Below, piece after piece: positions 58,258 to 64,000 of a DNA stretch of 64,000 bases. Origin of the DNA: Hyphomicrobium sp. (lineage in GTDB: Bacteria > Pseudomonadota > Alphaproteobacteria > Rhizobiales > Hyphomicrobiaceae). The notes under the pieces are model-generated. The model was not told the origin of the DNA. It was given only the letters and a program-made list of their open reading frames with translations, and made no database searches. The stretch is taken from NCBI GenBank assembly GCA_019748215.1, contig JAIEPV010000026.1:4732-68731 (forward strand), read 5' to 3'. The position numbers were made by a program, and so were the translations under genes. Positions within the stretch are counted from its first letter, which is position 1; the number at the start of each line of letters is the position of its first letter.

Positions 58258-59304
58258 TCACTTTGCGGCGCTGGCTTGTCTCGCCGTGCCCTTGAGCTTG
58301 TCGGCACCGGGAATGAGACCATCCAGCCCGGCCAACGTGCTGCCATCGTACTTTTCGGTGATGCTGACGATCAGCTTCGCAACGCCGTCAGCGGCTGACG
58401 TCAACCGGCTTTCATTGTTGAGCTTCAGTCCGGCCGAATGGGCGACTTCGAGCATCTTTGCGATTTCGGGCACGTTCGGTGCCGCCTTTGCGGCGGCGGC
58501 GAGCAAATTGCGAGCCCTGTCGGCGCGCCGCGCCATCTCGAACGCAAAGGCCTTTCTCACGGTCGCCTTGCCGACCGCGCGCAACGCCGTCTCGAGTTCG
58601 ACGCCGAGACCGACGAGGTAAAGCATTCGCTTGCGCGGCGCGCTTGCCGCGACGTTGTCCTTGCCTTTGGAGTGCCAGGTGTTGTGGCGAACTTCGCCCT
58701 GCGACCACGACACCAAATCGAATGCGCTTCCGGCCCGGTGCCCGCCTTTGTTTACGAGGTCCTCGCGCGGCACGACGTGGCAGCTGTAGCAGTTTTTCGC
58801 CAGCTGATAGAGCGCAGACGGCCTGATCATTCCCTTGGAATCGGCAAGCTTCCAGCGCGCCTGTTCCTCGGCCTTCGTCTCGGTCTTCTCTGTCTTGCCG
58901 CTGAACCCGCTGTGCACCTTGACCCATTCTTGCCCGGCGCTATGGCAGGATTCGCAAGAGATGCCCGCGACAGGCTCCTCTTTACTATCTTTCTGCTGCA
59001 CCGTGAAATGGCAGTTCAAACACAAGCTTTCTGACTTTATGCGACGCACGCCCATCCTTTTCGCGATCTCATTTGCCGTCGTGTTGCGCGGCATCTCGCG
59101 GAAGGTTTTGAAATGATGCGTGCCCTTCCACGCCTCAGCCTCCTGCTTGTGGCATTCACCACAGGCATTGGGCCCAACAGTCTTGGCCGGATCGGACGCA
59201 ACCGCCCCGTGGGCGCCAACGCCGAGAGCGATTAGCATGGCGCCGAGATAAATGACGGTAGACCGGCCGACACCCGGCGGCCAGAACGCTCGACAGACGT
59301 TCAT
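58258..59304 (-). CDS. Exported tetraheme cytochrome c (c554-like); start uncertain
   Basis: CGECH, CLNCH, CESCH, CYSCH; signal-like leader ending GAVA-SD. Confidence 0.9.
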   Translation of the reverse strand: MNVCRAFWPPGVGRSTVIYLGAMLIALGVGAHGAVASDPAKTVGPNACGECHKQEAEAWKGTHHFKTFREMPRNTTANEIAKRMGVRRIKSESLCLNCHFTVQQKDSKEEPVAGISCESCHSAGQEWVKVHSGFSGKTEKTETKAEEQARWKLADSKGMIRPSALYQLAKNCYSCHVVPREDLVNKGGHRAGSAFDLVSWSQGEVRHNTWHSKGKDNVAASAPRKRMLYLVGLGVELETALRAVGKATVRKAFAFEMARRADRARNLLAAAAKAAPNVPEIAKMLEVAHSAGLKLNNESRLTSAADGVAKLIVSITEKYDGSTLAGLDGLIPGADKLKGTARQASAAK

Positions 59305-59329
59305 GCGTGTTGAGGACCACAATGAATTG

Positions 59330-60424
59330 TCATCCCTGATTCAGCATGCGGTGCGCCTGCATCGGCTGATCCCGCAGGCTGCGCGGTCTATTGACAGCGA
59401 GCTTGCGCAGCTGGCGGGTCGTCGGCACGGCGAGCCAGTCAATGGTGCGCGACAGAACGCTCTCCTCAACCGTATCGTCCGTCGTCGGAAGGAACGGATC
59501 GGCGTAGCACACCACTCCGACATGAGCCGCGATCGCTTTGATCGCGTCGACCATGGCTGGCGCGCCGCACGCATACAAAACATCGGTTGCCAAAAGTCGT
59601 GGCAGATAGTCCGTCGGCCGGCCTGGCAGAACGACGTCCGTCAGGTTTTGCGGCGTGCTGCAGACAGGTACGATACGAACATTTGGGAAGCTCGCCAATC
59701 GCGCGAGTGCGGAACCCATATATAGAGACTCGATCGAGCGGCCGCCGGCGATGATCATAATCATGCGATGCGGGTTCTCGCGCAGCGCGGCGACTGCGAT
59801 CGACCAGATCGGCGCAAAACCGGTATTGGTGGCAACCAGTATCAGCCGGCCCGCGAGTTCGGGCCGGAAATGTGCCGAGCCATAGGGCCCAGTCAGCTGC
59901 ACGCGATGGCCTTGCCGAATGCTCTTGCCAAGCGAAGATGTGACACGGCCATTTGCCATGCGGCGAACGTGGAACCACACCGCGCGGCCGCTCGGATCGC
60001 CGCCAAGGGGAAGGGTGATGCTGAACGGACGGCTCGGATAGCCATTGAAGCGCACCTGCGCATACTGGCCAGCGTGATGCGGCAATGCACTGTTTGTCGT
60101 GATGCCGACTTCCATAACCTCAGCTGATAACGGCCGCAATGAACTCAGTGTGCCCTCGACGGTCCGAACAGCCGACGCTTGGCCCCGCTCCACGACGGCA
60201 TCGCCGGCAATCCGGCATTGGCACGCATGTACGATCCCCGGCTCAGCCCCCGCGCCGCCCTGCACGTCGCCAGATACGAGTCGCACGCAACATGTGCCGC
60301 AATGACCGGCGCGACAGTCGTAAGGCAGGTCAATGCCATTGCTGATGGCAGCATCCAGAAGCAACTCGCCGCGGCGCGCGGCGAAGCTGCTGCCATTGAC
60401 AGTAATTTGGTGGCTTCTTGCCAT
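59330..60424 (-). CDS. 2Fe-2S ferredoxin / FAD / NAD(P)H oxidoreductase
   Basis: PYDCRAGHCGTC...HACQ plant-type Fdx, RPFSI flavin motif, GPYG, TGFAP, YACG. Confidence 0.92.
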   Translation of the reverse strand: MARSHQITVNGSSFAARRGELLLDAAISNGIDLPYDCRAGHCGTCCVRLVSGDVQGGAGAEPGIVHACQCRIAGDAVVERGQASAVRTVEGTLSSLRPLSAEVMEVGITTNSALPHHAGQYAQVRFNGYPSRPFSITLPLGGDPSGRAVWFHVRRMANGRVTSSLGKSIRQGHRVQLTGPYGSAHFRPELAGRLILVATNTGFAPIWSIAVAALRENPHRMIMIIAGGRSIESLYMGSALARLASFPNVRIVPVCSTPQNLTDVVLPGRPTDYLPRLLATDVLYACGAPAMVDAIKAIAAHVGVVCYADPFLPTTDDTVEESVLSRTIDWLAVPTTRQLRKLAVNRPRSLRDQPMQAHRMLNQG

Positions 60425-61156
60425 TGTCTAATCCCAGATTTCTGAAAATTTCTGATCGACGGCTTGGCGATTGGCCGCCGCTGCGACACATCCTGGGACG
60501 CTCAGGAAAGCGAATGCGCCGGCTCCGAAATGCTCCCATCTGTCCGGCCACGGGAGCGCAGATGTCGGATTGTGCTCGTCAAGATAATTCCCCTTTCCCC
60601 GATTTGAGATTCGACGCTGAATACAATCGCGATCGACAATCTCAATTCAGTCATTAGCGACTGGTGTTCTTCGATTATCGGCCGTCTGTGCTCCCATAAT
60701 GGTCAGAGAATGGCCGTTTGATGGTTACGCGTGCTACCGCTCAGATGCTGCTCGTAATTTCCGGCTTGAAAATGTCGGTCGAAAGCGGCACGCAAAAGGC
60801 TTTGAATAGAGCGAGCAAAACAGAAATAACATTATTGAACATATGCTTTTCCTCATACCAACATGTTGAAAAAAATCGACAAAATGGATTGCTGCATGCG
60901 GGTTTTTGAAATGCCTATCGTGAGGCAAATGGAAACGGCGATTTGCGAAATTCAAGCCAGGGCGCGCATAATCGTTTTTGGAGCACAATCGATTTTGTAA
61001 TTCATTATAGACGAATTGATTACTTTGAAAACTTTGAAAATTGCGGCGATATTTATCAATAAATACCCGAATCCAAAATCAGCCATATGACGGCCAATAT
61101 TCGCCACTAGCCGTTCTTCAGCACGACTAATCGCGCGGGTATTACGCGCCATTATT

Positions 61157-63235
61157 GTGCTTGCGAGGCGAATGGGGATTCTGCCGCGCATGACCAAGAG
61201 AGCGAAGCGTTGGGGGATGAAGCCATTGTCCGGGATTTCCAAGTTTTTCTACGCTTTTGCGAGCGCCATGGTGATGCAAACGGCCGTCGTCGGCCACCCT
61301 GCCATTGCCGGCTCCATAGAAGCCTTGCTGGGCCAGAGCGAGCAAACGCGCGCCAGTGGCACAGCGCAGGTCGGTGATGACGCGCAGGCGAGAGTATTAC
61401 TTGCGCAGGCGGCCGAGACTGACGCGAAGGCCGCGCTCGAAGCGCTGATCAAAGACGATGAGGCGCGTCGAGCTCAGGCCGCTACGGATGCTGAAAGCAC
61501 GGGCGCACAAGGTTCTGAAGCGCAAAGCCCGGAACCTCAGAGCCCCGAAAGCGGAACAGTCGGTGTCATCACTAATACTTCCAGCGGCCAAAGCGGCGCT
61601 GGCGCCGATACGAGTCTTTATCCAACAGCGTCGCAATGCGGCGAATGCCACAAGCAGATTTACGATGAGTGGTCATCGTCGAGCCATGCCAATGCGTCGA
61701 TCTCGCCGATGTTTCACAAGTTCGAGCAGAAGTTTCAAAATTTGACGCAAGGCACGGTCGGCACGTTCTGTGTGCGCTGCCATCAGCAGGTCGGCACGCA
61801 GCTCGGCGAAGCGCGCGAGGCGCCGCTTTGGGAGCGCAGTCAGATTTCGCGTGAGGGCGTGAGTTGCATCACCTGTCACCGCGTCAAAGAGCAGTATGGC
61901 AAGGTCAACGGCGAGCGTCGCGTCGAACCAGGCAAGATCTATGAGCCCGTTTACGGTAGCGGCAAACAAAGCGTCATCAAAGATGTCTTGGCTGATAAAG
62001 AAACCTACTCCGTCAAGACGAGCACGGACGGCCGCGGCAACGACATTCATAAGGGCATGATCACCAACGATCAGATCACCAAGTCCGAATTCTGCGTCAG
62101 CTGCCATCAGGTGGCCGTCAACCTCGGCATCAAATTGGAAATCGTCTGGGATCAATATCGTGACAGCCCAGCACGCAAAGCCGGGATCAGTTGCCAGGAC
62201 TGCCACATGGGCAAGGTTCCCGGAAAACCCGACGGCTATTCGCTTGCACCTTCGGCGATCGTTGGCGGCAAAGAAATCAACCCGGGGCGTAAGCACGCCA
62301 ATCACCGCTTTATCGGTCCGGGTTACTCCATCGCGCACCCCGGTATCTTCCCCCACAACACCAAGGCTCAAGCCATCAGCATCGAGGACTGGCTGTTATT
62401 CGACTGGCGCGCTGGTTGGGGCACCACGGAGTTTGAAGACAAGCTCGCTGACGGAAAAATAAAAGTCGAATTTCCTAAGCGTTGGGCCGATGCGCTCGAC
62501 CGGGAAGAAGCGCGACTGATCATCAAGGAAAATCTCGCGAAGCTTACCGTGCGTGACAACCTCCGGAAAGAGGTGATGGAGAATTCCAGCAAGATCGACG
62601 GGCCATATATCGAAGGAACCCCAAAAGTTGGCACGGATCTGGCCTTCTCGTACAAAATCAAAAACGTCAACACCGGGCATAATCTGCCGTCGGGCTCGCT
62701 TGGTGCCCAGCCGCAATTGTGGATGAACGTCGCGCTACTCGATCCCGACGGCAAGAACATCTGGGAGTCGGGATACGTCGATAGCAACGGCGACATGGCC
62801 GATCAGCACAGCCTTGATGTTGCCGCCGGCCGCATGTCCACCGATCAGCAACTGATGCATTTCCAGACCAAGTTCTTGACAACCAACGTCAAGGGCACGG
62901 ACCGCGAGATGTATCTGCCGGTGAACTTCGACATTGATCCACTGCCGCACCTTCGCCCGCCTGGGGTTCCGACAACCGTACTCAACCATCCGCCGCTGGT
63001 GCGCATGGAAAACCACTCGCTGCCGCCGCTGGCAGAGAAAGTCGCGAACTACCAGGTGCCGGCTGAACTGATCACGAGGCCGGGTAAGTACAGCCTTGCC
63101 TTCCGCATGCGCAGCCGCGCCGAACCGATCTACTTCATGCGCTTCGTCGGAGCCACCAAGGATATGGAGCGGACCATGAACGAGCGGATGATGAACTTCC
63201 ACGCCTTCTCGGTCGACTTCGAAGTGAAGGACTAA
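61157..63235 (+). CDS. Exported pentaheme cytochrome c (c554-like N-half, beta-rich C-half); start may be 61217
   Basis: CGECH, CVRCH, CITCH, CVSCH, CQDCH; signal-like segment ending PAIA. Confidence 0.92.
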   Translation: MLARRMGILPRMTKRAKRWGMKPLSGISKFFYAFASAMVMQTAVVGHPAIAGSIEALLGQSEQTRASGTAQVGDDAQARVLLAQAAETDAKAALEALIKDDEARRAQAATDAESTGAQGSEAQSPEPQSPESGTVGVITNTSSGQSGAGADTSLYPTASQCGECHKQIYDEWSSSSHANASISPMFHKFEQKFQNLTQGTVGTFCVRCHQQVGTQLGEAREAPLWERSQISREGVSCITCHRVKEQYGKVNGERRVEPGKIYEPVYGSGKQSVIKDVLADKETYSVKTSTDGRGNDIHKGMITNDQITKSEFCVSCHQVAVNLGIKLEIVWDQYRDSPARKAGISCQDCHMGKVPGKPDGYSLAPSAIVGGKEINPGRKHANHRFIGPGYSIAHPGIFPHNTKAQAISIEDWLLFDWRAGWGTTEFEDKLADGKIKVEFPKRWADALDREEARLIIKENLAKLTVRDNLRKEVMENSSKIDGPYIEGTPKVGTDLAFSYKIKNVNTGHNLPSGSLGAQPQLWMNVALLDPDGKNIWESGYVDSNGDMADQHSLDVAAGRMSTDQQLMHFQTKFLTTNVKGTDREMYLPVNFDIDPLPHLRPPGVPTTVLNHPPLVRMENHSLPPLAEKVANYQVPAELITRPGKYSLAFRMRSRAEPIYFMRFVGATKDMERTMNERMMNFHAFSVDFEVKD

Positions 63236-63341
63236 TGCCGATGGGTCGAGGGAGTCACTTTCAGAAACCCGCATAAGGGTCTGACGAAAGTGCTCCCCGG
63301 CCTCACCCCGCAGGTCTGAGCCACGATGTCGGAGCTTCCAT

Positions 63342-64000
63342 ATGACTCGCAATGTAAACGGCGACCGTTGCTACAAGACCAGGACGACGTCTGCGACGGC
63401 CACACTGGTCGCCGGTGGTTACCTCGTCATGTCCTTCACAGCCACGAACCTCGCAGCCGGCGAAAGCACGGATGCTCCGCCCGAGAATGAAACTCGGATC
63501 GAAAAATCGTTCCGAGACGGGCCGCAGTACGACACCAACTACGATGCCACCGAGCAGCTCGACATTTACGGCGGCAAGAGCGCGGTTGAGCCGCCGCGCC
63601 CGCTGCTTGAGCTCGGTCGCGAGCAATATACCTCCGGCATCTACGACCAGAGCAGCACCGCGCTTGGTGAATTGAACCCACTACTGCCGGGCCTCGCCGT
63701 CTACGGTGACTGGCGAACGGCGGTCGCCTACAATAACTTCAACGGCAAGGATGTCGCCCAGATCGCGACACGCTTGAACCTCGACGTCGACTTCAAGTTC
63801 ACAGCGACCGAACGGATCCACGCCTTCTTCACACCGTTTCAGGACGCGAATGCAAAATTCACGCGCTACGAATTTGGCGGCGGCAACGGCAATGATAAAT
63901 TTAACGACGAGTTCGACCCCGAACCGCAAACGCTGTTCTTAGAGGGCGATCTCGGCTCTATCTATTCCAGCGCTTCTGGAACGGAGTCCAGTTTTGACTT
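63342..64000 (+). CDS. Probable outer-membrane beta-barrel (porin-like) protein, 5' part
   Basis: Not in ORF track (no stop in window); GGAG RBS, ATG 63342; leader then amphipathic strands LAVYGDWRTAVAY, IATRLNLDVDFKFT, ERIHAFFTP, TLFLEGDLG. Confidence 0.65.
   Translation, partial: MTRNVNGDRCYKTRTTSATATLVAGGYLVMSFTATNLAAGESTDAPPENETRIEKSFRDGPQYDTNYDATEQLDIYGGKSAVEPPRPLLELGREQYTSGIYDQSSTALGELNPLLPGLAVYGDWRTAVAYNNFNGKDVAQIATRLNLDVDFKFTATERIHAFFTPFQDANAKFTRYEFGGGNGNDKFNDEFDPEPQTLFLEGDLGSIYSSASGTESSFD

Noticed and set aside
482-63929. Numerous 60-360 aa ORF-track entries antisense to or overlapping the called genes (e.g. 52154-53089, 57313-58398, 43908-44546)
   Set aside because: Shadow ORFs expected in high-GC DNA; no motifs or RBS, and they overlap well-supported genes

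Overview
GC-rich bacterial chromosome segment, alphaproteobacterial (Hyphomicrobiales-like) by gene content; taxonomy is inferred. (1) 1-22623 is the right-hand part of a tRNA-integrated mobilisable element. It carries a VirD4-like coupling protein operon, MobC plus a MOBP-type relaxase, an RpoH-like sigma factor, a DprA + PRTase (ShosTA-like) defence pair, a serine resolvase, an ankyrin pair and many hypotheticals. It ends at a 23-bp copy of a tRNA 3' end (TTCGAATCCTAGTCCCCCAGCCA, 22601-22623) flanked by two different 3x12-bp arm-like arrays. The last cargo before the att is the best candidate for an undescribed system: a truncated M3-type metallopeptidase divergent from a radical SAM enzyme whose C-terminus is seven tandem C-(N/G)-P repeats, followed by an overlapping GNAT. 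This looks like a RiPP-like pathway with the precursor fused to its maturase. (2) 22.6-25.3 kb holds a stand-alone OLD-like ATPase-TOPRIM gene and three palindromic boxes spaced about 100 bp apart. (3) 25.3-33.3 kb is a complete kdpFABCDE operon preceded by an extra 27-aa peptide ORF. (4) 33.4-51 kb holds accessory and stress genes: VOC/DUF1428/DUF302, methyltransferases, rsgA, a giant CheB-CheR-hybrid kinase split by one in-frame TAG, dps, PPase and NUDIX. (5) 51-64 kb holds an exported KatG and a divergent multiheme cytochrome locus (10+4+5 CxxCH motifs, a His-rich membrane subunit, a ferredoxin-NAD(P)H reductase, a CcmI-like TPR protein and a porin-like gene running off the window), resembling a porin-cytochrome electron conduit. 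No intact tRNA, rRNA or CRISPR array was seen.
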